This document shows positions 50,507 through 61,506 of a stretch of DNA of 64,000 bases, one piece after another. Position 1 is the stretch's first letter; each line of letters starts with the position of its first letter. This DNA is from Alphaproteobacteria bacterium (lineage in GTDB: Bacteria; Pseudomonadota; Alphaproteobacteria; CACIAM-22H2). Location of the stretch: positions 4,800,335-4,864,334 of the forward strand of contig OZ257155.1 of NCBI GenBank assembly GCA_965279355.1, written 5' to 3'. The position numbers and the translations under genes were made by a program. Under the pieces are notes generated by a model. That model was given only the letters and a program-made list of their open reading frames with translations, was not told the DNA's origin and ran no database searches.

Positions 50507-51720
50507 AGCCGTCACCGAAGCAGCAGGACCTTCTCGACAAGGGCGTGAGCGATCTCGCCGTTCTGTCGAAGATCGAAGACATCATCGAAGACGCCCGGAA
50601 CGGGCGGATGTTCATTCTGGTCGACGACGAGGACCGCGAAAACGAAGGCGACCTTGTCATCCCGGCCCAGATGGCGACGCCCGAAGCGATCAACTTCATG
50701 GCGAGATACGGCAGGGGCCTGATCTGCCTGTCGATGACTCGAAGCCGGATCGAGCGCCTTGGGCTGCGGCTGATGTCTGCGGAGAACGGAACACGGCATC
50801 ACACCGCGTTCACCGTCTCCATCGAGGCGCGTGAAGGTGTCACCACCGGCATTTCCGCATCCGATCGTGCGCGCACCATCGCGGTCGCCATCGATCCTGA
50901 AAAGGGCGAGACGGATATCGTCACGCCAGGCCATGTGTTCCCGCTGATGGCGCGGGATGGCGGCGTGCTGGTGCGTGCCGGTCATACCGAGGCGGCCGTC
51001 GACATTTCCAGGCTGGCCGGCCTCAATCCGTCGGGCGTGATCTGCGAGATCATGAACGACGATGGAACGATGGCGCGGCTTCCTGATCTCGTGAAGTTCG
51101 CGCAGTTCCACGGGCTCAAGGTTGCCGCGATTGCCGACCTGATCGCTTATCGCCGGCGGCACGACATTCTGGTCGAGCGGACGATCGAGACTTCGATCGA
51201 GAGCCGCTACGGTGGACGCTTCAAAATGCTCGTCTATGTCAATCGCGCCGCCTATGCGGAACATATCGCCTTGATCAAGGGCGACATCAGCGGCCCCGAG
51301 CCGGTAGTCGTCCGCATGCACGCTATGAACGTGCTGGATGACGTGCTCGGCGACAAGGCGGTCGGGCGCGGCGGCGTGCTCCATTCGTCGATGAAATACA
51401 TCAGCGAGATCGGGCGCGGTGTGGTCGTGCTGATCCGCGAACCGCGGCCGACCAGCCTGTCAGATCGGGTCCGCGCACGGCACGGCGATTCGTCGAGTGC
51501 CAGCGCCGGCCTGGGCGATTACCTGTCCGATGAGGGACGCATGGCGGCGTCGTTTGCGTCGGGCCTGCGGGACTACGGCGTCGGCGCGCAGGTCCTGCTT
51601 GATCTCGGCCTGCGCGATGTCGTGCTCCTGTCGAACCATCCGCAAACGGTGGTCGGTATCGAAGGTTATGGTTTGAACATTACGGAGTGGCGGGCCATTC
51701 CGCCGCTGGTCGAGGGCTAA
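50503..51720 (+). CDS. ribB: DHBP synthase fused to a degenerate GTP cyclohydrolase II domain (RibBX)
   Basis: [23 protein letters not shown]. The C-terminal domain lacks the Zn-binding cysteines. Confidence 0.93.
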   Translation: MKPSPKQQDLLDKGVSDLAVLSKIEDIIEDARNGRMFILVDDEDRENEGDLVIPAQMATPEAINFMARYGRGLICLSMTRSRIERLGLRLMSAENGTRHHTAFTVSIEAREGVTTGISASDRARTIAVAIDPEKGETDIVTPGHVFPLMARDGGVLVRAGHTEAAVDISRLAGLNPSGVICEIMNDDGTMARLPDLVKFAQFHGLKVAAIADLIAYRRRHDILVERTIETSIESRYGGRFKMLVYVNRAAYAEHIALIKGDISGPEPVVVRMHAMNVLDDVLGDKAVGRGGVLHSSMKYISEIGRGVVVLIREPRPTSLSDRVRARHGDSSSASAGLGDYLSDEGRMAASFASGLRDYGVGAQVLLDLGLRDVVLLSNHPQTVVGIEGYGLNITEWRAIPPLVEG

Positions 51721-51729
51721 GAGACGATC

Positions 51730-52182
51730 ATGGCGGACAAGCCGCATATTCTCATCATTGAAGCGCGTTTCTACGAGCCGCTGGCCGACGAAATGGTCAC
51801 AGGCGCGATCCGCAAGCTTGAGTCCGTCAAGGCGACGTATGAGCGTCTGGCTGTGCCGGGCGCGTTCGAGATTCCGGCGGTGATTGCCGCCGCGCATAGC
51901 GGCAAGCAGGCAAAGAAATTCGACGGGTACATCGCCCTGGGCTGCGTGATCCGTGGCGAGACCACGCACTACGATTACGTCTGCGGCGAAAGCGCGCGCG
52001 GATTGCAGGAGCTGGCGATCCGGCACAGCCTGGCAATCGGCTATGGCATTCTGACGGTGGAGAATGAAGAACAGGCCTGGGAACGGGCCAAGCTCGACAA
52101 GGGCGATAAGGGGGGTATGGCGGCCGAGGCGTGTCTGGCGATGATCGACGTTCGCCGGCGCTTTGGGCATGGAGGCGCCTGA
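51730..52182 (+). CDS. ribH: Lumazine synthase
   Basis: VPGAFEIP, LGCVIRGETTHYDYV. Confidence 0.96.
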   Translation: MADKPHILIIEARFYEPLADEMVTGAIRKLESVKATYERLAVPGAFEIPAVIAAAHSGKQAKKFDGYIALGCVIRGETTHYDYVCGESARGLQELAIRHSLAIGYGILTVENEEQAWERAKLDKGDKGGMAAEACLAMIDVRRRFGHGGA

Positions 52183-52661
52183 TGGCTGAAGACGCGCCGC
52201 GCGCGCCAGGCCGCCGGGAATCCGCGCGTGTCGCGGCAGTCCAGGCGCTCTATCAGATCGATCTGTCCGGCGCAGCTGCGGCCGACGTCATCGCCGAGTT
52301 CCGTGATCATCGTCTCGATAAATCGTCTGACAAGGATCTGTTTTCCTCGATCGTCGCAACGGCCGCGGTGAAGCGGGAGGAGATCGACACCCTGTTGAGC
52401 TCGGCGCTCGCCGAGGGTTGGAAGATCGAGCGCCTGGATGCCGTGCTCCGCGCCCTGCTGCGCGCCGGCGTCGGCGAACTCCAGGAGCCGGACGGCGTGC
52501 CGGCGCGGGTGCTGCTGGACCAGTATGTTGACGTCGCGCATGCCTTCTTCACGGGCAAGGAGGTTGGCTTCGTGAACGGCGTTCTGGATGGGCTGGCGCG
52601 GCGGCTGCGGCCGCAGGAAGTCGAAGGCAAGCGTGCCGGGCACACCGCGAAAGAGCGGTGA
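52182..52661 (+). CDS. nusB: Transcription antitermination factor NusB
   Basis: R..AR.AAVQALYQ, RLD..LRA.LR, GFVNGVLD. Confidence 0.94.
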   Translation: MAEDAPRAPGRRESARVAAVQALYQIDLSGAAAADVIAEFRDHRLDKSSDKDLFSSIVATAAVKREEIDTLLSSALAEGWKIERLDAVLRALLRAGVGELQEPDGVPARVLLDQYVDVAHAFFTGKEVGFVNGVLDGLARRLRPQEVEGKRAGHTAKER

Positions 52662-53625
52662 ATTCGAGCGGATCGCGCGCTACTTCGCACCGCTAGCCGC
52701 GGGCGAAGCGGGGGCGCTGGGCCTTCGTGACGATGTTGCGTTTCTCACGGTGCCGGACGGGCAGGAACTTGTCGCGACCAGCGATGCGCTCGTCTCCGGT
52801 GTTCATTTCCTTCCCGACGACCCTCCGGACCTGATTGCCCGCAAGGCATTGCGGGTGAACCTGTCCGATCTTGCCGCGAAGGGCGCACATCCACGCTGGT
52901 ATCTGCTGGATGCGGCCTTTACCCGCAAAACAGACGACCGCTGGATCGCACGGTTCGCCCGCGGTCTTGCCAAAGATCAGGCGGCGTTCGATGTGCATCT
53001 GGTCGGCGGCGACACGGTCGCGACACCGGGACCCACTACCTTCGCGATCACGGCGTTGGGCATGGTGCGCGCAACCTGGGGTCTGCGTCGCGGCGGCGCG
53101 CATGCGGGCGACGACGTGTTTGTTACCGGGACGATCGGTGACGCGGCGCTTGGTCTGATGGTTCGCCGGAAAAAGCTCCGGACGCTGAAACCGACAGCGC
53201 GTGCCTTTCTGGAAGGCCGGTATCGCCTGCCGCAGCCGCGCGTGGCGGTTGGCCCGCGTCTGCTCGGTGTGGCGACGGCGGCTCTCGATGTCTCCGACGG
53301 ACTGGTCGCAGATCTTGGCCATCTTGCCGCGAATTCGAAACTGGGTGCCGTCATCGAACAGAAGCTGGTGCCGCTTTCTCCGGCGACGGCCGCTGCGGTT
53401 GCGAAACAGCCGGCGCTGATGGAGCGGGTGCTCACCGGTGGCGATGATTACGAAATTCTGTTTACCGCCCCTGCGTCGGCGGACAAGCTGCTTGGCACGC
53501 TGAGCCGCGAAACCGGCGTGCCGATAACCCGTATCGGCCGCATGGAGCCAGGGAAGGGCGTGCGTGTGATCGATACGAGCGGCCGGCCGCGCCGACTTGC
53601 GGCCGGCGGCTGGACTCACTCCTGA
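52633..53625 (+). CDS. thiL: Thiamine-monophosphate kinase
   Basis: EF..I, DD.A, VNLSDLAAKG, GGDT, DVSDGL, GGDDYE. Start is approximate. Confidence 0.94.
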   Translation: MPGTPRKSGEFERIARYFAPLAAGEAGALGLRDDVAFLTVPDGQELVATSDALVSGVHFLPDDPPDLIARKALRVNLSDLAAKGAHPRWYLLDAAFTRKTDDRWIARFARGLAKDQAAFDVHLVGGDTVATPGPTTFAITALGMVRATWGLRRGGAHAGDDVFVTGTIGDAALGLMVRRKKLRTLKPTARAFLEGRYRLPQPRVAVGPRLLGVATAALDVSDGLVADLGHLAANSKLGAVIEQKLVPLSPATAAAVAKQPALMERVLTGGDDYEILFTAPASADKLLGTLSRETGVPITRIGRMEPGKGVRVIDTSGRPRRLAAGGWTHS

Positions 53626-53632
53626 GCTTGCT

Positions 53633-54310
53633 ATGAGCGCGCGCATAGCCCTCGTCCTGATTGTGCTGCTGACGGGGGCGGGCGTTGCAGCGCAGGATCA
53701 ACGGGCAGTCGAGGCGCGACTTGCGACGGGACAGGCACCTGACGCCGTTGCCCGCCAGCTCATTCGCGACGGTGCCGATGCTGAAGACGTAGCCGCGCTC
53801 CTCTTTCGCCTGCGGTCGGCGAACGATGCGGTGCGTGTAGTGGCGTTCGCGGCGGTCCATGAAGGCGCGCGTCTAAAACCGGCCGACGCGACCCTGATTG
53901 CCGTCGGCGTTGCCGGGCTGGCGCAGCCCGCAGGCTTTCCGGCCGCCGTCGGTGCGATCCTGGCCGTGCCGGCAAGCGCCGCGGAAACCGGCGCCGCCGT
54001 GGCACAAACCGCTCCGCAGGCGGGACCGCTGATTGCCGCGGCGATTGCGCGCCTGGTACCCGATCAGGCTATTGCAGCGGCTGCCGCCATCGGGCGCGTG
54101 GTGCCGCGTCAGGCGCTGTTCGTGGCGTCGGCCGTGCTGCAGATCCTGCCGCAGCATCATGACGCGGTGGTCGCCGCGGTTGAGAGATCGTCCGGCGTCA
54201 GTATGGAACTGGTGCGCCAGCGGCATGAGCCGACGGAATCCGTCGGTGCCAACGCGATGCGTGAATCCGATGAAGTGCTGGCGATCCTGCCGCTCAAGGA
54301 GGCGCGCTAG
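53633..54310 (+). CDS. Hypothetical Ala-rich exported helical protein
   Basis: Signal peptide-like N-terminus, recurring amphipathic Ala/Pro units; follows thiL by 7 bp. Confidence 0.6.
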   Translation: MSARIALVLIVLLTGAGVAAQDQRAVEARLATGQAPDAVARQLIRDGADAEDVAALLFRLRSANDAVRVVAFAAVHEGARLKPADATLIAVGVAGLAQPAGFPAAVGAILAVPASAAETGAAVAQTAPQAGPLIAAAIARLVPDQAIAAAAAIGRVVPRQALFVASAVLQILPQHHDAVVAAVERSSGVSMELVRQRHEPTESVGANAMRESDEVLAILPLKEAR

Positions 54311-54397
54311 GGTCCGGGATCCCGTTGTGCCGGCGGCTTTGCTATTCGGAGGCCGCAGGCCTAAATTTGAGACATCTTCGACTCGGGTCACTATCCG

Positions 54398-54820
54398 ATG
54401 GTCCGGCGAGCATCTTTCCTGTTGGCGGCTCTTCTTCTGGCGGTAACGCTGGCGCTGCCGGCGCGCGCGGCCGACGCTCCCGCTTTGCCCGGTAAGGACA
54501 AGCCGGTCAGTGTCCGGCTCGACCCGCTCACCGTCTCTATTCAGCGCAACGGCGTGATCGAGCGCCATATTGGCTTCGTGATCGTGCTCGAGGTCGAGAA
54601 CATCACCGCGCAGGCGCTGATCGAGGACCGCAAGCCCAAACTGATCGATGCTTTTGTGCTCGACATCAACGCGCTGGCCTCCCTGCCGTCATCCTATGAC
54701 AACGGCATCGACCCTGAAGCTCTGAAGCGACGTCTGAAATTATCGACCAATCGCATATTGGGCGACGACGTCGTCAAGAACATCGTTTTCCTGCGCACCT
54801 TCACGCGTAAAGTCAGCTGA
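54398..54820 (+). CDS. FliL-like protein
   Basis: Hydrophobic N-terminus, LDPL.V, KL.DAF, LK.RL...LG...V. Confidence 0.6.
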   Translation: MVRRASFLLAALLLAVTLALPARAADAPALPGKDKPVSVRLDPLTVSIQRNGVIERHIGFVIVLEVENITAQALIEDRKPKLIDAFVLDINALASLPSSYDNGIDPEALKRRLKLSTNRILGDDVVKNIVFLRTFTRKVS

Positions 54821-54875
54821 CACGCCTTTTCTTCACAGCAGGGCGGCGGCCCTGCCGCCTTTTGAGTAGCCGGCC

Positions 54876-56105
54876 ATGAATCCCACGATCGACCTTGCGA
54901 CCACCCGCCGCAATATTCTGTTGCTGGCGATCAGTCAGGGACTTTTTATCGTCGGGACGTCGACCATGATCGCCGAGGCAGCGATCGTCGGCCATGCGCT
55001 GGCTTCAGACAAGTCGCTCGCGACACTGCCGGTGGCGCTGCAGCAGCTTGCCGTGCTGTTCACCGCCATCCCGGCGTCGATGCTGATGCAGCGCATCGGT
55101 CGCCGTGGCGGGTTTTCGCTCGGCGCGGGCTTTGCCGTCATCGGCACGCTGATTGCCGCGCTCGGCGTCTATTGGGGGTCGTTTCCGCTGTTCTGCATCG
55201 GCGTCGCGGTGAACGGCATCTATAACGGCTTCGGTCAGTTCTATCGCTTCGCCGCAGTCGACGGTTCAATCCCGGCGTGGCGGGGCAAGGCAATCTCCTA
55301 CACCCTCGCCGGTGGCGTGATTGCGGCCCTGATCGGGCCCGAACTGGCAAAGCGGACAAAAGATCTGCTGGTCTATCTCGCGGATGCCGGCTGGCCGGTG
55401 GCGCCGGTTCCTTTCGCCGGTTCTTTCATCGCGCTGACAGCTGTCGCCTTTGTCGCGCTGCTCGTGATCCAGTTTGTGCGTATTCCCATGCCGACGGCCG
55501 AGGAGCGGGGCGGGGGCGGACGGCCCTTGAGCGAGATCATGCGCCAGCCGGTCTTCATCGTCGCGGTGATCGGCGGGATGGTGGGGTTTGGCGGCATGGC
55601 CTTCCTGATGACCGTGACACCGCTTGCCATGATCGCCTGCGGCTATGAATTCGAATCGGCCGCCTTCGTCATTCAGTGGCACGTGTTCGCGATGTTCGCG
55701 CCATCCTTCTTCACGGGGACACTGATCGCCCGCTGGGGGGTGCTCAACGTCATGAAGCTGGGGGCGGTGATCTTCGCCGCCTGTGTGGGTGTTAACCTGT
55801 CCGGTACCGCCGTCTGGCAGTTTTGGCTCGGCCTCTTCCTGCTTGGACTGGCCTGGAACTTCCTCTACGTCGGCGCCAGCACCCTGGTCACCGAGGCCTA
55901 CCGCCCGTCTGAAAAGGCAAAAGTGCAGGCGGCGAACGACGTTTTGGTCTTCTCGGCCGTGTCCCTTGGCGCCCTGTCGTCGGGCGCCTTCCACGACTGG
56001 GTGGGCTGGGCGTCCCTGAACCTGATGATGGGCCCCTTCGTGCTCCTCACCCTCGGCGCCCTGCTCTGGTTGCGTGGGCGCCGTCAGGTCCCGGCCGCGG
56101 CCTAA
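54876..56105 (+). CDS. MFS transporter
   Basis: About 12 TMs, M.RIGRR.GF, YRFAA, QWHV..MF.PSFFTG.LI. Its position next to the rib genes suggests a RfnT-like role (inference). Confidence 0.88.
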   Translation: MNPTIDLATTRRNILLLAISQGLFIVGTSTMIAEAAIVGHALASDKSLATLPVALQQLAVLFTAIPASMLMQRIGRRGGFSLGAGFAVIGTLIAALGVYWGSFPLFCIGVAVNGIYNGFGQFYRFAAVDGSIPAWRGKAISYTLAGGVIAALIGPELAKRTKDLLVYLADAGWPVAPVPFAGSFIALTAVAFVALLVIQFVRIPMPTAEERGGGGRPLSEIMRQPVFIVAVIGGMVGFGGMAFLMTVTPLAMIACGYEFESAAFVIQWHVFAMFAPSFFTGTLIARWGVLNVMKLGAVIFAACVGVNLSGTAVWQFWLGLFLLGLAWNFLYVGASTLVTEAYRPSEKAKVQAANDVLVFSAVSLGALSSGAFHDWVGWASLNLMMGPFVLLTLGALLWLRGRRQVPAAA

Positions 56106-56285
56106 CCCGGGTACCGCCCGTCTTGCCTTAATAAAGGCGTTCTGGCATGTTCCGGCCGCTTTCGCCGGTCCCGGCGCGGTCGTCGCCAATTTGCTCGGTG
56201 GGGCCGAGGTTTAACGACATCTGAGTCGAACTAAAGAACCGAATCGCCGCGTCGAAGCCCCCTTAAGAAACAGGAATAAGAGAAT

Positions 56286-58379
56286 ATGTCCTCAGCCTAT
56301 TGGATCGTCATCGCCTGCGGCATACTTGCCCTTCTGTACGGCATGTATGCCTACGGTCGAGTGATGGCTGCACCCGCGGGTAACGCCCGCATGCAGGAAA
56401 TCGCCGCCGCTATTCAGGAAGGCGCTCAGGCCTACCTGAACCGCCAGTACAGCACGATCGCCATGGTCGGCATCGCCGTGGCCGTGATCCTGTGGTTCAC
56501 GCTTGGCTTGCACGTTGCCATCGGCTTCGTGATTGGCGCGGTTCTGTCCGGCGTCGCCGGCTATATCGGCATGAACGTCTCGGTGCGTGCGAACGTCCGC
56601 ACCGCCGATGCGGCGCGCCAGGGCATGCAGGCGGCGCTCGACGTCGCCTTCCGCGCCGGTGCGATTACCGGTCTGCTGGTCGTCGGTCTCGGCCTGCTCG
56701 GTGTCGCGATCTACTTCGGCATCCTGCAGAGCTGGAAGGGCATGGGCACTCAGGCGAACGTCCGTTCCGTGCTTGAGGCGCTTGTCGCTCTCTCATTCGG
56801 CGCCTCGCTGATTTCCATTTTCGCCCGTCTCGGCGGCGGTATCTTCACCAAGGGTGCGGATGTCGGCGCCGATCTCGTTGGCAAGGTCGAGGCGGGAATT
56901 CCCGAAGATGACCCGCGTAACCCGGCCGTCATTGCCGACAACGTCGGTGACAACGTCGGCGATTGCGCTGGCATGGCCGCCGACCTGTTCGAGACCTATG
57001 CGGTCACGATCGTCGCCACCATGCTGCTGGCTGCCATCTTCTTCACCGGTGCGGCCCAGACCCAGCTCATGATGTATCCGCTTCTGATCTGCGGCGTCTG
57101 CATCGCCAGTTCGGTCATCGGCACGTTCTTTGTGAAGCTCGGCTCGAGCCAGAACATCATGGCGGCGCTCTACAAGGGCCTAATCGTGACAGGCGTGATC
57201 TCGATCGGGCTGGTGTGGCTCGTCACCGAGTACTTCCTTGGCTTCTCGAGCACCTACACAACCGGTCCTCTGACCTTCTCCGCGCGCCACCTGTTCTATT
57301 GCGCGCTGGTCGGTCTGGCCGTGACCGGGCTGTTGGTCTGGATCACGGAGTACTACACCGGCACGGCCTATCGTCCGGTGAAGAGCATCGCCGAAGCGTC
57401 CACGACCGGTCATGGCACGAACATCATCAAGGGCCTCGCCGTTTCGATGGAAGCGACGGCGTTACCAGTGGTTGTGATCTGCGGCGGCATCTTGGGGTCG
57501 TACCTGCTGGCAGGCCTGTTCGGCATTGCCATCGCGGCGACCACCATGCTGGCGCTGGCCGGCATGATCGTGGCACTCGACGCCTACGGTCCGGTGACCG
57601 ACAACGCCGGTGGCATTGCCGAGATGTCCCATCTCGACAAGGATATCCGGAAGATCACCGACGCGCTCGACGCGGTCGGCAACACGACCAAGGCCGTTAC
57701 CAAGGGCTACGCGATCGGCTCCGCCGGTCTCGCCTCTCTGGTGCTGTTCGCGGCCTACACCGAAGATCTAAAGCACTATTTCCCGACGGTTCAGGTGCAG
57801 TTCATCCTGCAGGATCCGTACGTGGTGGTGGGTCTCTTCATCGGTGGTCTGCTGCCGTACCTGTTCGGTGCGATGGGCATGACTGCTGTCGGCCGCGCGG
57901 CCGGCGCGGTGGTCATCGAAGTCCGCCGTCAGTTCAAGGAGATCAAGGGCATCATGGAAGGAACAGCCAAGCCGGACTACGGCAAGGCGGTCGACCTTCT
58001 GACCAAGGCGGCGATCAAGGAAATGATCATTCCGTCGCTGCTGCCGGTTCTCGCTCCGATCGTGCTGTACTTCGTGATCCTGCAGATCGGCGGACAGGCT
58101 GCGGCCTTTGCATCCGTTGGCGCCATGCTGATGGGCACCATCGTCACGGGTCTCTTCGTGGCTCTGTCGATGACCTCGGGCGGCGGCGCCTGGGATAACG
58201 CCAAGAAGTACATCGAAGACGGCAACTTCGGCGGCAAGGGTTCCGAGGCTCACAAGGCCGCGGTCACCGGCGATACCGTCGGCGATCCGTACAAGGATAC
58301 GGCTGGTCCCGCGGTGAACCCGATGATTAAGATCATCAACATCGTCGCGATCCTGCTGCTCGCCATCCTCGCGCATTAA
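56286..58379 (+). CDS. hppA: Membrane H+-translocating pyrophosphatase (K+-independent type)
   Basis: [46 protein letters not shown]. Confidence 0.96.
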   Translation: MSSAYWIVIACGILALLYGMYAYGRVMAAPAGNARMQEIAAAIQEGAQAYLNRQYSTIAMVGIAVAVILWFTLGLHVAIGFVIGAVLSGVAGYIGMNVSVRANVRTADAARQGMQAALDVAFRAGAITGLLVVGLGLLGVAIYFGILQSWKGMGTQANVRSVLEALVALSFGASLISIFARLGGGIFTKGADVGADLVGKVEAGIPEDDPRNPAVIADNVGDNVGDCAGMAADLFETYAVTIVATMLLAAIFFTGAAQTQLMMYPLLICGVCIASSVIGTFFVKLGSSQNIMAALYKGLIVTGVISIGLVWLVTEYFLGFSSTYTTGPLTFSARHLFYCALVGLAVTGLLVWITEYYTGTAYRPVKSIAEASTTGHGTNIIKGLAVSMEATALPVVVICGGILGSYLLAGLFGIAIAATTMLALAGMIVALDAYGPVTDNAGGIAEMSHLDKDIRKITDALDAVGNTTKAVTKGYAIGSAGLASLVLFAAYTEDLKHYFPTVQVQFILQDPYVVVGLFIGGLLPYLFGAMGMTAVGRAAGAVVIEVRRQFKEIKGIMEGTAKPDYGKAVDLLTKAAIKEMIIPSLLPVLAPIVLYFVILQIGGQAAAFASVGAMLMGTIVTGLFVALSMTSGGGAWDNAKKYIEDGNFGGKGSEAHKAAVTGDTVGDPYKDTAGPAVNPMIKIINIVAILLLAILAH

Positions 58380-58399
58380 CGCGGGGCGGCAATCGCCGC

Positions 58400-58446
58400 A
58401 AAAGAAAAAGGCCCAGCCGGTTTAGCCGGCTGGGCCTGATCTTTTT
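58400..58446. terminator. Bidirectional intrinsic terminator
   Basis: AGGCCCAGCCGG/CCGGCTGGGCCT stem flanked by A- and T-tracts, between convergent hppA and bamE. Confidence 0.8.
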
Positions 58447-58483
58447 GGCCTGACGCTTCGGGCGGCCGTTAACGGCCGCAGCG

Positions 58484-58972
58484 CTATTTCGACGCGTTGA
58501 AGCGGCCGAGATTGCCGATCAGCTGTTCCATGAAGGTCAGCTCGCGGCCAGGAGAGGGAGTCTTGCGGCTCACGGGATCGATGATCTGTCCGTCTTCCAG
58601 CGCGTAGTTTTTGACTTCCTTGACCATGCCGATGTCGTCGAATTCGATGACGACGACGCTTTGTTCGAGAATTGTCGGCTCGAAGAACGCCACCGTGCTG
58701 GTCTTTTTGCTGATGTAATACCACCGCTCGTCGTTGAACGAGCTTACGCTCGACGGCGAGCCGAGGATTTCCCTGACTTCATCGCGGCCTTGAAGACCGG
58801 CCTTTATCCGTTCGAGATCGTAGCGATCCGGAACATAGCCGCGCTGATCGATTCGGGTTTCGCATGCGCCCAGGGTCAAGGCGACAAGCGCCGCGCATGC
58901 AGCAATGCCATAGCGCCGACGCTTGCTGCCGTCGGGCTGTTTTCCGTTGAAGTCGTCAGCGCTGCGAGCCAT
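58484..58972 (-). CDS. bamE: Outer membrane assembly lipoprotein BamE
   Basis: Lipobox LGAC, RGY, V..ILGSPS, WYYIS, TP..GREL. Confidence 0.9.
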   Translation of the reverse strand: MARSADDFNGKQPDGSKRRRYGIAACAALVALTLGACETRIDQRGYVPDRYDLERIKAGLQGRDEVREILGSPSSVSSFNDERWYYISKKTSTVAFFEPTILEQSVVVIEFDDIGMVKEVKNYALEDGQIIDPVSRKTPSPGRELTFMEQLIGNLGRFNASK

Positions 58973-59057
58973 TCTCCGCGATAAATCGCACCAACCCTCC
59001 GGCGATGTCAACCAGCCACCGGCCGCTAAGGCCGGTCAGGCGCGCAAGGAAGAGCGG

Positions 59058-59609
59058 ATGGTCCTCTCAAAGCTGTTCAGAACCTCCAGAAGCGAGATGG
59101 CGGCCGCGCCTCTGTACCGCGCTATCGTGCAGCAGGCGCGTGAACCGGCGTTTTATGCCGTGCATGGTGTGCCCGATTCGCTGGATGGCCGGTTCGACAT
59201 GATTGCAATGCACATGTTTCTCGTGCTGCAGCGTCTTCGCTCCACCGATCCCGCCAGGAGCGAACTCGCGCAGGCCCTGTTCGATACGATGTTCGCCGAC
59301 ATGGACCGCAGCCTGCGGGAAATCGGGGTCGGCGATCTCGCGGTCGGCAAACGGATCCGGTCTATGGCCGAAGGTCTCTATGGGCGAATCGCAGCCTATG
59401 AGCAGGGGCTTGCGGCCGACGATGCAATCCTCGCGGCCGCTCTTAGGCGCAATCTGTTTGGCACGGTCGCCGATCCTGGGCCGTCTCCCGAAGCGTTGCA
59501 GACTCTATGCAATTATCTGCGTGCGGCGGTGCCGCTGCTGGCGGGTCAGCCGGACGAGCGCTTCAAGACAGGTGAAATCGTGTTTCCTGCGGCGCCCGCG
59601 GCCAGATGA
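59058..59609 (+). CDS. Ubiquinol-cytochrome c chaperone (Cbp3-like)
   Basis: LY..IV.QAR.P.FY...VPD..DGRF, DMD.SLRE.GVGDL.V.K. Confidence 0.9.
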   Translation: MVLSKLFRTSRSEMAAAPLYRAIVQQAREPAFYAVHGVPDSLDGRFDMIAMHMFLVLQRLRSTDPARSELAQALFDTMFADMDRSLREIGVGDLAVGKRIRSMAEGLYGRIAAYEQGLAADDAILAAALRRNLFGTVADPGPSPEALQTLCNYLRAAVPLLAGQPDERFKTGEIVFPAAPAAR

Positions 59610-60139
59610 GCCCGGCGCCCTCCGATACCGTGGAATTCTCCCGGCCGGTGGAAATCCACCGGCTTGGCGACAGCGAACTTGTCCATAAAATCAGTGCCAC
59701 GGCGGAAGAACTGACCGCGCTGGCGCGCCGCTTCGATATACTCGCTATCGACCGGCTGGAGGCAAAAGTGACGCTGCGCCGGATGCGGGCCGGGCTGAAA
59801 CTGGCGGGCCGGCTGGACGCCGACGTCGTGCAGGCCTGCGTGGCGACGACAGAACCCGTCCCAGCCACGGTCAGCCACGATTTTACCGTCATTTACGGGG
59901 ATATTACGGAAAGCGCCGACGTCGAGATCGGTCTGGACGACAACGATCCAGTTGAGCCGATGCCCGAAGGACCCCTCGATATCGGCGAAGCGGTGGCCCA
60001 GGAACTGGCTTTGGCGCTCGATCCGTACCCGCGTGCGGCGGCTGCCGTCGTCGATCAGCGCTGGATTGAGCCCGAAAGCGGGGCTAAACGGGCTAACCCG
60101 TTCGCGGCACTGTCAAAACTCACAAAGGGCAAATCTTAA
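59606..60139 (+). CDS. yceD: YceD/DUF177 family protein
   Basis: EFSR, ALARRF, Q.CV.T.EPV, EL.LALDPYPR, NPFAAL; upstream of rpmF. Confidence 0.88.
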   Translation: MSPAPSDTVEFSRPVEIHRLGDSELVHKISATAEELTALARRFDILAIDRLEAKVTLRRMRAGLKLAGRLDADVVQACVATTEPVPATVSHDFTVIYGDITESADVEIGLDDNDPVEPMPEGPLDIGEAVAQELALALDPYPRAAAAVVDQRWIEPESGAKRANPFAALSKLTKGKS

Positions 60140-60253
60140 CCCGCGACGGGAATGACTTGAGAAAATGTGGGGATTTGTCTATCTAACTGGCCCATTCCGG
60201 CCCAATTTGCCAGTGTTAAGCTGCTGCCCGGCGCGGCAGAGAAGGAAGTAGTC

Positions 60254-60439
60254 ATGGCGGTTCCCAAGAAAAAGGTCTCGCAGTCCCGGCGCAATATGCG
60301 TCGCTCGCACGAGGCTCTTGCAAGCACGACATCCAGCGAATGCCCGAATTGCGGCGAACTCAAGCGGCCGCATCACGTGTGCGGTTCCTGCGGCTTTTAT
60401 GATGGCCGCGAAGTCGTTGCGGCCAAGGCCCAAGCGTAA
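60254..60439 (+). CDS. rpmF: 50S ribosomal protein L32
   Basis: [17 protein letters not shown]...CPNCG...PHHVC..CG.Y. Confidence 0.97.
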   Translation: MAVPKKKVSQSRRNMRRSHEALASTTSSECPNCGELKRPHHVCGSCGFYDGREVVAAKAQA

Positions 60440-60459
60440 CGGTTTCCGGACGCGTCCCG

Positions 60460-61506
60460 TTGAGCGGCCGTCTCACCATCGCCCTTGATGCCATGGGCGG
60501 CGACCGTGCGCCGCAGATGGTGGTCGATGGTGCTGATATCGCGCGGCACCGCTTTCCGGATGTGCGTTATCTTCTGTTCGGTGACGAGGCGAAAATCGCG
60601 CCGCTGCTGGACAAGCACGAGGCCCTGAAAGGGCTCTGCGAGATACGTCACACCGATATCGCCGTCGGCAACCAGGACAAGCCGTCCGCCGCCCTGCGGG
60701 CCGGCCGGCGTTCGAGCATGCGCCTGGCGATCGATGCCGTCGACACCAAGGATGCGGCCGGGGTCGTCTCTGCTGGCAATACCGGCGCGCTCATGGCGAT
60801 GGCGAAGATCGTGCTGCGCATGGTGCCCGGTATCGACCGTCCGGCCATCAGCTCTTTCTTTCCGACCTTGCGCGGCGAAAGCGTCATGCTCGATCTCGGC
60901 GCCAACGTCGTTTGCGACGCCGAGAATCTTGTGCAGTTCGCGGTGATGGGCGAGGTCTTTGCGCGCACGGTGCTCGGCGTTTCCAAGCCGAGCGTCGGCC
61001 TGCTCAATGTCGGCTCCGAAGAGCAGAAGGGCCATGAGGAGGTGCGCGGCGCCGCGGCCATGTTGCGCGATACGGAACTGCCGATCCGCTTCCATGGCTT
61101 TGTCGAGGGCGACGATATCACTGCCGGCACGGTCGACGTCGTGGTGACCGACGGCTTCAGCGGCAATATCGCGCTGAAGACCGCCGAGGGTACGGTGAAG
61201 CTTTATTCCGAGTTCCTGCGCGGCGCGTTCCGTTCGTCACTGCTGGCGCGGTTCGGCTATATTTTCGCGCGTCATGCGCTCAACAAGGTCCGCAAGCGGA
61301 CTGATCCCCGGCGCTACAACGGTGCGGTTTTCCTGGGCGTGAACGGCATCGTGGTGAAAAGCCATGGCGGCACGGACGCGCTCGGCTTCGCCAATGCCAT
61401 CGGCGTTGCCATCGATATGGCTGCCAACGACTTCAGCTCCAAGATCCGCGACGAGATCGCTCTCGTGAACGCCGCCCGGACAAAGCTGCAGGCGGCCACA
61501 GCATAA
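60460..61506 (+). CDS. plsX: Phosphate acyltransferase
   Basis: [34 protein letters not shown]. Confidence 0.96.
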   Translation: MSGRLTIALDAMGGDRAPQMVVDGADIARHRFPDVRYLLFGDEAKIAPLLDKHEALKGLCEIRHTDIAVGNQDKPSAALRAGRRSSMRLAIDAVDTKDAAGVVSAGNTGALMAMAKIVLRMVPGIDRPAISSFFPTLRGESVMLDLGANVVCDAENLVQFAVMGEVFARTVLGVSKPSVGLLNVGSEEQKGHEEVRGAAAMLRDTELPIRFHGFVEGDDITAGTVDVVVTDGFSGNIALKTAEGTVKLYSEFLRGAFRSSLLARFGYIFARHALNKVRKRTDPRRYNGAVFLGVNGIVVKSHGGTDALGFANAIGVAIDMAANDFSSKIRDEIALVNAARTKLQAATA

